DNA from: an uncultured Bacteroidota bacterium
GTDB taxonomy: Bacteria > Bacteroidota > Bacteroidia > Bacteroidales > UBA932
Assembly: GCA_937901965.1 (NCBI GenBank)
Contig: CALGSW010000010.1
Location: 83,775 to 147,774, forward strand
DNA length: 64,000 nt
Direction: 5' to 3'
A program made the translations under genes and the position numbers. Below the pieces are notes generated by a model. The model had not been told where the DNA came from. It made no database searches and was given only the letters and a program-made list of their open reading frames with translations. Positions 27,993-38,876 of this stretch are shown one piece after another; the first letter of the stretch is position 1; the number at the start of each line of letters is the position of its first letter.

Positions 27993-29660
27993 ATGGAATG
28001 GATTTCAAAACTTCTTTTCAGTGAGGGTATTGCGCAGACGATTTTGGTTTTGTCATTAGTTATTTCATCAGGTATAATACTCTCAAAATTTAAGATAAAA
28101 GGAGTTTCTCTTGGAATAACCTGGATACTGTTTGCAGGTATAATTATTTCAAAAGCAGGATTTAACCCATCATCTGAAATCCTCCATTTTATAAAGGAGT
28201 TTGGACTAATTCTATTTGTATATTCAATAGGTCTGCAAGTTGGCCCCGGTTTCTTCTCATCTTTCAGAAAAGGTGGTATTAAATTAAATTTATTATCAGC
28301 ATCCATAGTTATACTTGGTGTAATAACTACAATTTTGATACATTATATTTCAGGAATTCCATTACACACTATGACAGGTATAATGTCAGGAGCAATCACA
28401 AATACGCCCGGTCTTGGTGCTGCTCAACAGGCATTTATTGATATTAATGGCATAAATGATCCCTCTATAGCCACAGGTTATGCGGTAGCTTATCCACTTG
28501 GAGTTGTCGGAATAATTCTTTCAATCATCTTTTTAAAGTTTATTTTTAAAATTGATAACTCCGATGAACACAAAAAATATTTGGAAAGTGATGGGGATAA
28601 TCCGGAGGAGACCATTAAGTCATCTTTTAAAATCCTAAATCCTGTAATTATCGGAAAAAATATAAGTAGCATAAAAAGATATTCCGACAGGCCTTTTGTA
28701 ATATCAAGATATAAAAATTCTGAAGGAGAAATAATTATTGCAGGTGCCGAAACGATTTTGCAGGAAGGTGGAGAGGTTCTGGTGATACTCAGAAAGTCTG
28801 ATAAAGATAATCTGTCAGCTCTTTTTGGTGGCGAGTCTATGCTAAAAGATGAAGATTGGATGACATATGATTTTAATGTTGCTCCAAGAAGAGTACTTGT
28901 AACAAAGGAGCAGATAAATGGTAAAAGTCTTGCCAATCTTAAGCTTGGTAAAGCATTCGGAATAATTGTAACTAGAATTAACAGAGCTGGCGTTGACCTT
29001 CTTGCTAGGCCAGACTTTAAACTTCAGATAGGAGACCGCCTGACAGTACTAGGAACACCTGAAGCTGTTGAGGCTGCAGCAAAAATTATCGGCAATTCAC
29101 AAAAAAGACTTAAAGAGCCAAATCTAATAGCAATATTTCTTGGTATAGCAGCTGGTATAATCCTCGGTAGTATCCCCTTTGTTCTTCCTGGAATCCCACA
29201 ACCCGTAAAGCTTGGGCTTGCGGGAGGACCTTTAATTGTTGCAATCCTGATTAGCATATTCGGACATAAGTTAAAGCTTATAACCTATACTACTACTAGT
29301 GCAAATCTTATGCTAAGAGAGGTTGGAATCTCGCTTTTCCTCGCTTGTGTAGGTCTTGAGGCCGGTAAAGGATTTTTTGACACTCTTGTTTATGGGGATG
29401 GATTAATTTGGATACTCTTAGGTCTTATTATAACAATACTCCCTATACTTTTTACAGGAATAGTTGCCAGAAAAATCTTTAAACTGAATTATTTTGCAAT
29501 TATGGGGTTAATAGCAGGCAGTACAACCGATCCTCCGGCTCTTGCATTCTCCGGAAAAACAGCAGGAAATGATATTCCTGCTGTTACCTATGCAACAGTC
29601 TATCCTTTAACGATGTTTTTAAGAGTTCTTTTTGCCCAGCTACTCATAATGTTCTCCTAA
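27993..29660 (+). CDS. AspT/YidE/YbjL-family putative antiporter with TrkA-C domains
   Basis: Duplicated TM halves (GAITNTPGLGAAQ...YAVAYPLG and GSTTDPPAL...YATVYPL) around a soluble TrkA-C region (LQIGDRLTVLG). Confidence 0.9.
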   Translation: MEWISKLLFSEGIAQTILVLSLVISSGIILSKFKIKGVSLGITWILFAGIIISKAGFNPSSEILHFIKEFGLILFVYSIGLQVGPGFFSSFRKGGIKLNLLSASIVILGVITTILIHYISGIPLHTMTGIMSGAITNTPGLGAAQQAFIDINGINDPSIATGYAVAYPLGVVGIILSIIFLKFIFKIDNSDEHKKYLESDGDNPEETIKSSFKILNPVIIGKNISSIKRYSDRPFVISRYKNSEGEIIIAGAETILQEGGEVLVILRKSDKDNLSALFGGESMLKDEDWMTYDFNVAPRRVLVTKEQINGKSLANLKLGKAFGIIVTRINRAGVDLLARPDFKLQIGDRLTVLGTPEAVEAAAKIIGNSQKRLKEPNLIAIFLGIAAGIILGSIPFVLPGIPQPVKLGLAGGPLIVAILISIFGHKLKLITYTTTSANLMLREVGISLFLACVGLEAGKGFFDTLVYGDGLIWILLGLIITILPILFTGIVARKIFKLNYFAIMGLIAGSTTDPPALAFSGKTAGNDIPAVTYATVYPLTMFLRVLFAQLLIMFS

Positions 29661-29665
29661 TTATT

Positions 29666-31288
29666 CTATCTTAATACAATATTAACTCCCTCATTCTGAG
29701 AGAAGCTTATATTAAGCACTCTTCCGGCATCAGTTGTCATTTGTATTGATTTTCCCTCTTTTTCCTTAAGATTAAACCCAGATGCAGATGCAAATTCTGA
29801 TAGAGCAATTGCAATATCCGTCTCTTTTCCTTTTAGCTTTCCAAGCAGCTTAATATTTGCATAGATATCCTGGAGAGATGAATTTTCGTTAAATGCATAT
29901 CCTTTTATTACATTATCCCAATAAGCTCTTCCCCACATATCTCTTAACATCTCTCTCTCAGTTATCGGAAGAGAAATCTCTGAAGAGAAACCAACTGTTA
30001 TAGACGATTCAATATCTTCAGCAACTCTTTTTGTACTCAGCGTTCGGGTAGATTTAAGGAGTTCAGCACTTCCGGAACCAAGAATACCAGTCACTTCCTC
30101 TGCCGGGGTTCCAATTTTAAGTCTCCATAACTGACCTGGAGCAACAACCTGAAATAAATCAGATATTGACTTTCTGAAGTTTAAAAGACTTAATTTAACT
30201 GAGTAGGGAGGCAGATTTCTGATAACCTCAGAGTACTCTCCTTCACTGTTTCTCACTCCTTTTGAATTGACTGATATAAACTTATCTCTTACTTTAATAA
30301 AAAGGTTACCGTTTATATTTCCTGTATGTTCTGTAAAATCGGAGCTGCCTGTCTCTTTATTTTCTTTGTTTACAATGTACCATACATCCCCTTTTTTAAC
30401 CAAAAAGTGACTTTTACCTGAATGTTCAATATCATCATAATCAGCAGGGAGAACTCTTTCTCCCTTTATACCGGCTACTCCAATTTTACTTCCGTCACTA
30501 TAGATGAATTTGTTGAATAGTACTGGTCTGACATTATAATAATCCCTGGATGGTTTAACAACCTCTTCTCCATTTGTTGAAATAAAACCCCATGAATCTG
30601 AATTGACGGAATTTGTAAAGCCAAGTAAAGAAGATGATATTAAATTATGAGTGTCATACGTTTCTGAACTAAGCTCATATATAATTTCTCCCTTTTTATT
30701 GATTATCTGCCAGTATTTTTTTTCAGACTCCTTTTTTAAAATAACTGCAAATCCAGACTTAAAATCACTTGCTTCATCATACTGCGGCGCAATAATCACC
30801 CTCCCTTTTTTGTCAATGAAGCCTTTTAAACCATTTTCATCTTCAATAAGAGCGATTCCATTTGAATAAGAGGAGCAGGAGACAATCTTTTTTCCATTAA
30901 CCTCTTCTAATGAAAACACGACTTCACCTTTAGCGTTTATAACAGAAATCAAATCCTCTTTTTCCAGTACTGGAGCTAAAGACTCACTAAATGCTGCAGC
31001 CTTAATATACTCTCCTCCAATTTTAACAGGAGAAGATTCAGCTTTATAATACTCAAACTTTCCGTTTTGGGCTCTTAAAATAAAAATCCCATCAGATGCG
31101 GCATATGGAGGATTTTCATATGCTCCAGATATGATAATTTTCCCACTAGTGGATATTACTCCCCAGTCTCCACCTTCAGAGATACGAAAGGGCAGGTGTG
31201 TAATGTGTGACCTATTTTCAAGCGTACATGAAAACAGCAGTGTGACTTCTATAATGAGTAACACTGCCCATTTGATTAAATTTTTCAT
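29666..31288 (-). CDS. WG-repeat (beta-repeat) lipoprotein
   Basis: Lipobox LLFSC; repeated WG/KGFID motifs (DWGVISTSG, KGFIDKKG, SWGFISTNG, KIGVAGIKG). Confidence 0.8.
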   Translation of the reverse strand: MKNLIKWAVLLIIEVTLLFSCTLENRSHITHLPFRISEGGDWGVISTSGKIIISGAYENPPYAASDGIFILRAQNGKFEYYKAESSPVKIGGEYIKAAAFSESLAPVLEKEDLISVINAKGEVVFSLEEVNGKKIVSCSSYSNGIALIEDENGLKGFIDKKGRVIIAPQYDEASDFKSGFAVILKKESEKKYWQIINKKGEIIYELSSETYDTHNLISSSLLGFTNSVNSDSWGFISTNGEEVVKPSRDYYNVRPVLFNKFIYSDGSKIGVAGIKGERVLPADYDDIEHSGKSHFLVKKGDVWYIVNKENKETGSSDFTEHTGNINGNLFIKVRDKFISVNSKGVRNSEGEYSEVIRNLPPYSVKLSLLNFRKSISDLFQVVAPGQLWRLKIGTPAEEVTGILGSGSAELLKSTRTLSTKRVAEDIESSITVGFSSEISLPITEREMLRDMWGRAYWDNVIKGYAFNENSSLQDIYANIKLLGKLKGKETDIAIALSEFASASGFNLKEKEGKSIQMTTDAGRVLNISFSQNEGVNIVLR

Positions 31289-31370
31289 AATAAAGGGGTT
31301 TAGCTACTCAAATTTAATTAATTATTTGATTAAAATAAAGATTCTTTATTTTTCGCTATTGTATAAAATT

Positions 31371-31402
31371 AAAGAAGCCAAACTGATGCGCTTGGCTTCT
31401 TT
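31371..31402 (-). terminator. Hairpin terminator downstream of tRNA-Lys(TTT)
   Basis: AAAGAAGCCAA/TTGGCTTCTTT, an 11-bp stem. Confidence 0.75.
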
Positions 31403-31406
31403 TTTG

Positions 31407-31479
31407 TGATCCAGCTGGGGCTCGAACCCAGGACCCCAACATTAAAAGTGTTGTGCTCTACCTGCTGAGCTACTGAATC
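31407..31479 (-). tRNA. tRNA-Lys (anticodon TTT)
   Basis: Reverse complement GATTCAGTAGCTCAGCAGGTAGAGCACAACACTTTTAATGTTGGGGTCCTGGGTTCGAGCCCCAGCTGGATCA forms a 73-nt cloverleaf. Confidence 0.97.
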
Positions 31480-31495
31480 TTCCGTTTTGGGAGTG

Positions 31496-31563
31496 CAAAG
31501 ATATGCCAACAGAATTATATTTCCAAATTTCTTTCAAGAATTATTGCCAAACCCTTAACTTTG
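31496..31563. promoter_or_regulatory. Divergent -7 boxes for tRNA-Lys(TTT) and the GNAT-like gene
   Basis: CAAAGATA at 31496-31503 (TATCTTTG on -) and TAACTTTG at 31556-31563 (+), just before the ATG at 31570. Confidence 0.65.
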
Positions 31564-31569
31564 CAAGCG

Positions 31570-32361
31570 ATGGAGACTCTTTTCCCTTTAGAATTCAGAT
31601 CATTCCTTGATAATAGTAGAATTTGCTATTCTCAAGAAAAAAATCTTTTTATAATAAACAGGGGTTCGTTTTCCATAAAACTTATTACCAGAGAAGATTT
31701 GAACAATAATGATTTTGCTTATAATGCAGTAAAATCAGATTTAACTTTACATTTTGACAGATGGAATACCAGGAGAGAGATTGTACAAAGCATGATAATG
31801 GTGAAAGCCGGCTTATACGAATCAGTATTTGCCAGAAACTGCTTTGTAAGAAAAATTGACAAGATTTCAGCAAGTTTATTTCATTTAGAAAACCATCTGC
31901 TTGGAGCGGCAAATGCAAAATATTATTACGCACTTTTCAGAAAATCAGATTTTAAGATAGTTGCAGTTTCTTCTTTTTCAAATTCACGGCGTTTATCAAG
32001 AGGAGACGAAACTTTACAATCTTACGAGTGGGTTAGATATTCATCCCTTAAAGGAGTCAGAGTGGTTGGTGGAATGAGCAAATTATTAAATTATTTTATA
32101 AAAGAGGTTTCACCTGATGAGGTTATGACCTACTGTGATTCTGACTGGTCTTACGGTACTTCATATGAAAAATTAGATTTTAAAATATATTCTAAACCTC
32201 AGGAGTCAATGTATTTTATTGATAAAGTTACATTTGAACGAATGAGTTTAAATAAAATCCGGCGAAAGTTTAACTCACTAACGCCGGATATAATGGATGA
32301 AAAATACTACTGTTTAAGAACCAAGGGTAACTACAAGTTTCTTAGAAGGATCACCCTCTGA
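31570..32361 (+). CDS. Hypothetical protein with a probable GNAT/Mom-like domain of phage-type proteins
   Basis: VFARNC, NHLLG, YEWVRY, VVGGMSKLL, TYCDSDWSYGTSYEKLDF. Start moved to the ATG at 31570 because the TTG at 31561 lies in the promoter box. The family call is from motif recall. Confidence 0.55.
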   Translation: METLFPLEFRSFLDNSRICYSQEKNLFIINRGSFSIKLITREDLNNNDFAYNAVKSDLTLHFDRWNTRREIVQSMIMVKAGLYESVFARNCFVRKIDKISASLFHLENHLLGAANAKYYYALFRKSDFKIVAVSSFSNSRRLSRGDETLQSYEWVRYSSLKGVRVVGGMSKLLNYFIKEVSPDEVMTYCDSDWSYGTSYEKLDFKIYSKPQESMYFIDKVTFERMSLNKIRRKFNSLTPDIMDEKYYCLRTKGNYKFLRRITL

Positions 32362-34833
32362 CTCTTGTGTGGCAGCGTCTATAAGAAGTTTATCTCCCTG
32401 TTTAAATTTCCCGCTGATTATTGCCTCTGCAACAAGATCTTCAATATTGCGCTGAATAGCCCTTTTAAGAGGCCTTGCCCCAAATTGTGGGTCATAACCC
32501 TCCTCAGCAACTATCTCTTTGGCCTTATCAGTAATATCCAGGCTATAACCGGCTGTTTTAATCCTTTTTAGGAGATCATCAAGTTCAATGTCAATTATTT
32601 TACATAAATCTTCTCTGCCTAAAGTATTGAATAGTATCTGTTCATCTAATCTGTTCAGAAATTCAGGAGAGAAAGTTTTTTTCAGAGCCTTTTCTATAAT
32701 GTGTTTGGTATTATCGTTTACATTACGTTTTGTTGCATTTGAAAACCCAAGACCAGCCCCAAAATCCTTGACCTCTCTGCTGCCAATATTAGATGTAAGA
32801 ATCATTAGAGTGTTTCTGAAGTCAATATGCCTTCCGTTGCTGTCTGTAAGTCTACCCTCATCCATCACCTGAAGCAACAGATTAAATATATCCGGATGTG
32901 CTTTTTCAATTTCATCAAGAAGCACAACAGAATATGGACGTCTTCTTACCTTTTCACTCAATTGTCCACCCTCTTCATAGCCTACATATCCCGGAGGGGC
33001 ACCAATGAGCCTGCTTACCGCAAACTTTTCCATAAATTCACTCATGTCAATTCTAATCAGATTATCAACAGAGTCAAAAAGATATTCAGTAAGAATTTTA
33101 GCAAGTTGTGTTTTACCAACGCCGGTAGGGCCTAGAAACAGGAAGCTCCCGATTGGTTTATTCGGATCCTTTAGACCTGCTCTGTTTCTCTGTATGGCTC
33201 GTACTATTTTGTCAACAGCCTCATCTTGTCCGATTAGCCTCTTTTTCAGGTTATCTCCCATTTTAGCGAGTTTATCTCCCTCTTTTTCAGCTAATTTTTG
33301 TATTGGTACGCTTGTTATCATTGACAATACTTCCGCTACATCATTTTCATCAACTATCTGAGGATGTAGATTTTGTTCTTCATTCCATGACTTCTGAGCA
33401 AGCTCCAGCTCTTCCAGTTTTTGTTTTTCAAGGTCTCTAAGCTGGGCAGCCTTTTCATACAAGCTTTGACTAACAGCAAGTCGTTTCTCTACTCTTATTG
33501 GTTCAATCTCTTTTTCTATTGCTGATATAAAGTCAGGCACCTTGAGATGCATAAGATGCACTCTTGATCCCGCTTCGTCCAGAGCATCTATAGCCTTGTC
33601 CGGCAGACATCTGTCAGTAATATATCTTTGAGATAATCTAATGCAGGCAATTAATGCTTCGTCAGTATACTTTACGTTGTGATGTTTCTCATACCTCTCT
33701 TTAATATTTTGAAGTATTACATGAGTCTCATCAAAATCAGTAGGATCAACCATTATTTTCTGGAATCTCCTTTCCAGCGCACCATCCTTTTCAATGTGCT
33801 CACGGTACTCGTCCAACGTAGTTGCACCTATACACTGTATTTCACCTCTGGAAAGTGCAGGTTTTAACATATTTGCAGCATCCAGAGACCCGGAAGCACC
33901 GCCGGCTCCCACTAAAGTGTGAAGCTCGTCAATAAATAGTATTATATCAGGATTCTTTGTAATTTCATTTAAAATAGATTTCATCCTCTCTTCAAACTGG
34001 CCTCTGTACTTAGTACCGGCTACAATAGATCCAATGTCAAGAGTAATAATCCTTTTATTAAGTAGTGCTCTGGAGACTTTTCGCTGAGCGACCCTTAATG
34101 CAAGACCCTCTGCAATAGCCGATTTTCCAACACCCGGCTCACCTATCAGTACAGGATTGTTCTTTTTCCTTCTTCCCAGAATCTGTGCTAAACGCTCAAT
34201 CTCTTTGTCTCTTCCTACAACTGGATCCAGTTTGCCATCAGAGGCCGCAGCAGTTAAGTCAAAACCGAAACTATCCAGCACAGGAGTGTCACTTTGAGGT
34301 TTTGAAGATTTTGCAGGTCTTACTCTTCCTTCACCTTCAACATCGGCACCAGTATTATATGTATCTTCAACTCCGGAACCTGACAGAGGTCTTCCAGAAT
34401 CCTTCCCTTTAATTAAATCTTTTACCCGCTCATAGGTCATACTGTGTTCTCTGAGGATTGTCATACCAACACCCTCATCACTTCTTAGAATTGCGAGAAA
34501 CAGGTGGAGTGGCCCCGGCTTTGTCTCTTTAAGGGATCTTGCTTCAAGGTACATAATCTTTAGTGCACTTTCAGCACCTTTTGACAGGTTTAGCTTTTCA
34601 GCCTGATCAAAAGGTACAACCTGTCCACTTTTAAGTTGCTCTTCAATTTTTGACTTAAGAACTTTGTAATTGATTCCAAATGTAACAATCGCTTCAAAAG
34701 CAGCATTATCCTGATGCCTGATAATTCCCAGCAAAAGATGGTCAACACCAATCGTATAGCTCCCCATTCTCATGGCCTCTTCTCTGCTGTATGAGATAAT
34801 TTCATTTAATTCGTTTGATAATATAAGATTCAT
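32314..34833 (-). CDS. clpC: ATP-dependent Clp protease ATP-binding subunit ClpC
   Basis: Clp_N repeats, two AAA+ modules ([16 protein letters not shown]), [13 protein letters not shown]-like middle region. Confidence 0.96.
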   Translation of the reverse strand: MNLILSNELNEIISYSREEAMRMGSYTIGVDHLLLGIIRHQDNAAFEAIVTFGINYKVLKSKIEEQLKSGQVVPFDQAEKLNLSKGAESALKIMYLEARSLKETKPGPLHLFLAILRSDEGVGMTILREHSMTYERVKDLIKGKDSGRPLSGSGVEDTYNTGADVEGEGRVRPAKSSKPQSDTPVLDSFGFDLTAAASDGKLDPVVGRDKEIERLAQILGRRKKNNPVLIGEPGVGKSAIAEGLALRVAQRKVSRALLNKRIITLDIGSIVAGTKYRGQFEERMKSILNEITKNPDIILFIDELHTLVGAGGASGSLDAANMLKPALSRGEIQCIGATTLDEYREHIEKDGALERRFQKIMVDPTDFDETHVILQNIKERYEKHHNVKYTDEALIACIRLSQRYITDRCLPDKAIDALDEAGSRVHLMHLKVPDFISAIEKEIEPIRVEKRLAVSQSLYEKAAQLRDLEKQKLEELELAQKSWNEEQNLHPQIVDENDVAEVLSMITSVPIQKLAEKEGDKLAKMGDNLKKRLIGQDEAVDKIVRAIQRNRAGLKDPNKPIGSFLFLGPTGVGKTQLAKILTEYLFDSVDNLIRIDMSEFMEKFAVSRLIGAPPGYVGYEEGGQLSEKVRRRPYSVVLLDEIEKAHPDIFNLLLQVMDEGRLTDSNGRHIDFRNTLMILTSNIGSREVKDFGAGLGFSNATKRNVNDNTKHIIEKALKKTFSPEFLNRLDEQILFNTLGREDLCKIIDIELDDLLKRIKTAGYSLDITDKAKEIVAEEGYDPQFGARPLKRAIQRNIEDLVAEAIISGKFKQGDKLLIDAATQESEGDPSKKLVVTLGS

Positions 34834-34855
34834 CTTGTAATTGTAGAATAATGTG

Positions 34856-34863
34856 CAAATTTA
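34856..34863 (-). promoter_or_regulatory. -7 promoter box for clpC
   Basis: CAAATTTA reads TAAATTTG on the - strand, about 22 nt upstream of the ATG. Confidence 0.55.
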
Positions 34864-34954
34864 CTCATTTTAGACAAATAGAATTTCAATTTGTTCAATC
34901 TATTTTTTATTCCTAATTTTACACCTCATTTTTTCAAGGAAAGATTAATCTACA

Positions 34955-37447
34955 ATGATGCAAGAGTCTGAAAATAACCAAAGAATAATTAAAATCAACA
35001 TAGAGGACGAAATGAAAAGCGCATACATCGATTATTCGATGTCTGTGATAGTTTCGCGTGCACTGCCGGATGTTAGAGATGGATTGAAACCTGTCCACAG
35101 AAGAGTCCTTTTTGGGATGTCTGAACTAGGTCTGACATCTGGTGCCTCATATAAAAAATCAGCACGTATAGTGGGAGAGGTTTTGGGTAAGTTCCACCCC
35201 CATGGAGACTCAAGTGTATACGAAGCAATGGTTAGGATGGCTCAGGACTGGAGCATGAGATATATGCTTGTAGATGGTCAGGGAAACTACGGCTCAATTG
35301 ACGGAGACTCGGCTGCCGCTATGAGGTATACAGAGGCAAGATTCAAGAAAATAGCTGAAGAGGTGTTAGCAGATCTTGATAAGAATACAGTTGACTTTAA
35401 ACTGAATTTTGACGACTCACTCCAGGAGCCCACCGTATTACCTGCAAAAGCACCACTATTGCTCCTAAACGGAGCCTCCGGGATTGCAGTAGGGATGGCT
35501 ACAAATATGCCTCCCCACAATTTAGGAGAGGTGGTAGATGCTATATCGGCATATATTGATAATAATGACATTTCTACAGAGGAACTATTACAATATATTA
35601 AAGGTCCGGATTTCCCTACAGGAGGAATTATAACAGGTATCCAGGGAATCAAAGATGCCTTTGAAACCGGCAAGGGAAGAGTTGTAGTAAGAGCAAAAAC
35701 AGAAATTGAGGTAAGTGAGAGTGGAAGAGAGACAATTGTAGTAACTGAAATCCCTTATATGGTTAATAAAAGGGAGCTTATTGAGAAGATTGCCGAGCTT
35801 GTCGAAGAGAAAAGGGTTGAGGGCATTGCTTATATCAATGATGAGAGCGACAGGAGAGGAATGAGGATTGTAATAAAGTTAAAGATTGGAACGGTTGCAA
35901 ATGTTGTTCTGAATACTCTTTACAAATATACACAGCTTCAGTCCAGTTTTTCAGTAAACAATATTGCACTTGTTGACGGAAGACCAAGACTCCTTAACTT
36001 AAGGCAGATTATAAAGTATTTTATCAGGCACAGACATGATGTAATTGTAAGAAGAGCCAAATATGAACTAGAACAGGCAGAGAAAAGAGCTCATATTCTT
36101 GAGGCACTTCTGAAAGCTCTTGATCACATTGATGAAATCATAACATTAATCAGGGAGTCTAAAACTGTTGATGAAGCTAAGAGCAGATTAATTGAGAGAT
36201 TCGCATTTTCTGAGATACAGGCGACAGCAATCGTTGAGATGAGGCTGAGACAGCTCACAGGGCTTGAAAGATCAAAATTGCAAGCTGAGTACGATGAACT
36301 TATTAAACTAATAAATCACCTAAAAGAGATACTCGCAGATTTTTCTCTTCAGATGCAAATTATTAAAGATGAACTGGCAGATCTTAAAAACAGATTTGGA
36401 GATTCTAGAAGAACTGAAATACAGCCATCTGCAGAAGACTTTAATCCTGAAGACTTTTATCCTGATGAGGATGTCGTTATAACAATTTCGCATTTAGGCT
36501 ATATCAAAAGAACTCCACTGGCAGAGTACAGAATCCAGAACCGGGGAGGGGTAGGAGCAAAGGGCAGCACCACTCGTGATGAGGATTTTATACAACATAT
36601 TTATGTTGCGAATATGCATAGCACTATGCTGTTCTTTACCCAGAAGGGAAGGTGCTTCTGGCTGAAAGTGTATGAGATACCTGAGGGCTCAAAAGCTTCA
36701 AAAGGCAGAGCAATACAAAATGTCCTGAATATTGATTCAGATGACAAGGTTAAGGCTTATATAAATGTCAAGAAGCTTAACGATGAAGAGTACATTAACT
36801 CAAATTATATTATTCTCGCTACAAAAAGAGGAATTGTTAAGAAAACATCTCTTGAAGCCTACTCAAGACCTCGAACAAATGGAGTTAACGCAATTACAAT
36901 CAGGGATAATGATGAGTTACTGGAAGCAGTATTAACAAATGGTAACTGCGATATTCTTCTTGCCGCAAGAGATGGAAAGTGCGTAAGATTTAAGGAAGAA
37001 GATGTTAGAGCAATTGGAAGGACAGCCTCAGGAGTTCGCGGAATTAACATATCAGATGAGGATGAGGTGATTGGTATGATTTGTGTAGATAGCACAGGTA
37101 ATGATGCTGAAGAGAAGCATATATTGGTAGTTAGCGAAAATGGATACGGAAAAAGATCAGACCTTCAGGATTATCGTATTACAAGCAGAGGTGCCAAAGG
37201 TGTTAAAACTATTAACATTACCGATAAGACAGGGGCTCTGATTGCCATAAAAGATGTTAACGATGAAAACGACCTGATGATTATTAATAAATCTGGAATA
37301 ACAATCAGAGTAGCTGTTGAAAATATCAGAGTTGCCGGAAGAGCAACTCAGGGTGTGAAGTTAATTAACCTGCGTGAGGGAGATATGATTGCGGCTGTTT
37401 GCAGGGTTAATAAAAGCGAAGAAAAACCTTTAGAAACGGAAGAATAA
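34955..37447 (+). CDS. gyrA: DNA gyrase subunit A
   Basis: [18 protein letters not shown] (catalytic Tyr) and GyrA-box QNRGGVG. Confidence 0.98.
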   Translation: MMQESENNQRIIKINIEDEMKSAYIDYSMSVIVSRALPDVRDGLKPVHRRVLFGMSELGLTSGASYKKSARIVGEVLGKFHPHGDSSVYEAMVRMAQDWSMRYMLVDGQGNYGSIDGDSAAAMRYTEARFKKIAEEVLADLDKNTVDFKLNFDDSLQEPTVLPAKAPLLLLNGASGIAVGMATNMPPHNLGEVVDAISAYIDNNDISTEELLQYIKGPDFPTGGIITGIQGIKDAFETGKGRVVVRAKTEIEVSESGRETIVVTEIPYMVNKRELIEKIAELVEEKRVEGIAYINDESDRRGMRIVIKLKIGTVANVVLNTLYKYTQLQSSFSVNNIALVDGRPRLLNLRQIIKYFIRHRHDVIVRRAKYELEQAEKRAHILEALLKALDHIDEIITLIRESKTVDEAKSRLIERFAFSEIQATAIVEMRLRQLTGLERSKLQAEYDELIKLINHLKEILADFSLQMQIIKDELADLKNRFGDSRRTEIQPSAEDFNPEDFYPDEDVVITISHLGYIKRTPLAEYRIQNRGGVGAKGSTTRDEDFIQHIYVANMHSTMLFFTQKGRCFWLKVYEIPEGSKASKGRAIQNVLNIDSDDKVKAYINVKKLNDEEYINSNYIILATKRGIVKKTSLEAYSRPRTNGVNAITIRDNDELLEAVLTNGNCDILLAARDGKCVRFKEEDVRAIGRTASGVRGINISDEDEVIGMICVDSTGNDAEEKHILVVSENGYGKRSDLQDYRITSRGAKGVKTINITDKTGALIAIKDVNDENDLMIINKSGITIRVAVENIRVAGRATQGVKLINLREGDMIAAVCRVNKSEEKPLETEE

Positions 37448-37490
37448 GACAACAATAATAACAACGATTAATCAAATTATCGAAATCTCA

Positions 37491-38804
37491 ATGAAAAAAT
37501 TATTATTAGCCCTTACATTGATATTATCAATCTCATTGGGCGCTCAAAACAAAGATGCGGAAAAGGCAATCAAGGATTTAGAGAAGGCTCAGAATGACGC
37601 AAATAATCCTAAAAAAGTATCAAATCCGGCAACTTGGCTTAAGATGTCTGATGCCTATGCAGCTATTTATGATGCACCTATAAAATCTGTTTGGCTTGGA
37701 GCTTCTCAACTGGAGCTTAAAGTTATTCTAAAAGATCAGAGAATTCTCTCTTCTGAAGCTAAAACAGTGAACGGGGTAAACTACAATGTTGATTCATATA
37801 TTGACAAAGATCTTTATTATGGTGCAGACGGAACATTAGCAGCATGGGTAGTCACCAAACCTTATATGGATGGTGATTTACTGAAAAAATCTATGGAATC
37901 GCTGGATAAGGCTCTTGAAACAGCAAAGGGTACTAAAGACAAAGATATTAAAGACAGATTACTGCAGCTTAAAGTAAGACACTATAATGAGGGCATGAAC
38001 AGCTACACACTTGGAGACAATAAATCAGCTTCAGAGCACTTTGAGTCCGCTGCTTTGATTAGTGTTAATCCATTGGTAAACAGTGCTGATACAACTATGA
38101 TGTACTATGCAGGTCTAACAGCAAATATGTATGGTGACCCTAACAGGGCAATAAACTTTTTTGAATTGGCTTTGAAAAACAATTTTGATTCAAATGGTGA
38201 TTTATTCTCAAATCTTTCAGAGGCTTATAAAAAGATTGAGAATCCAGACAAAGCAAAAGAGACATTATTGGCAGGATTTACAAAATACCCACTCAATCAA
38301 AGTATTCTGGTTTCATTGATTAATCTCTATCTGGAGACTAATGACGATCCCAATAAGGTTCTAGATCTGATAAGAAAAGCTCAGGAGAACGAGCCTACTA
38401 ACGCTTCCCTTCATTATGCAGAAGGCAATGTATGGAAGAAGCTTAACAATATGGAGAAAGCTATCGCATGCTATAGAAAATCAGTTGAAGTTGATCCTAG
38501 TTACGTTTTTGGCTCTTTTGCAGTTGGAACAACATACTATGATACAGCTGTTGATATTCAGACCAAAGCAGCTGATGAAATGGATGACAAAAAATATGAG
38601 GCTATGCTTAAGCAATTAGAAGAGTATCTTGAATCTGCTATTGAGCCGTTTGAAAAAGCTTACGCTGTTGCACAGGATTCAGATGTTAAAGCAATTGTAG
38701 CTGAATATCTTAAAAATATTTATTTCCGTTTCCGTGAAAAAGGAGACTCTTATAAAGCTGGTTACGAAAAGTACAATGCTATATACGAAGCTAACAAACA
38801 GTAA
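37491..38804 (+). CDS. Secreted tetratricopeptide-repeat protein
   Basis: Signal peptide; TPR motifs (YYAGLTA, YAEGNVW, AIACYRKSVEVDP). The position after gyrA is typical of Bacteroidota. Confidence 0.85.
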   Translation: MKKLLLALTLILSISLGAQNKDAEKAIKDLEKAQNDANNPKKVSNPATWLKMSDAYAAIYDAPIKSVWLGASQLELKVILKDQRILSSEAKTVNGVNYNVDSYIDKDLYYGADGTLAAWVVTKPYMDGDLLKKSMESLDKALETAKGTKDKDIKDRLLQLKVRHYNEGMNSYTLGDNKSASEHFESAALISVNPLVNSADTTMMYYAGLTANMYGDPNRAINFFELALKNNFDSNGDLFSNLSEAYKKIENPDKAKETLLAGFTKYPLNQSILVSLINLYLETNDDPNKVLDLIRKAQENEPTNASLHYAEGNVWKKLNNMEKAIACYRKSVEVDPSYVFGSFAVGTTYYDTAVDIQTKAADEMDDKKYEAMLKQLEEYLESAIEPFEKAYAVAQDSDVKAIVAEYLKNIYFRFREKGDSYKAGYEKYNAIYEANKQ

Positions 38805-38825
38805 TTCTCAGATTATTATTAACAT

Positions 38826-38855
38826 AAAAAGGTGACCAAGTTGGTCACCTTTTTT
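38826..38855. terminator. Bidirectional terminator
   Basis: AAAAAGGTGACCAA-G-TTGGTCACCTTTTT between convergent genes. Confidence 0.9.
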
Positions 38856-38876
38856 ATTTTGAAAAACATCTAAGTT

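Noticed and set aside
28490-28936. 148-aa - strand ORF
   Set aside because: Antisense shadow of the AspT-like transporter.
27371-31570. Possible tRNA-anchored genomic island or prophage
   Set aside because: No integrase, no duplicated tRNA 3' end (att site) and no phage structural genes. The intervening genes are ordinary.
35287-35673. 128-aa - strand ORF
   Set aside because: Antisense to a highly conserved gyrA region; explained by codon bias.
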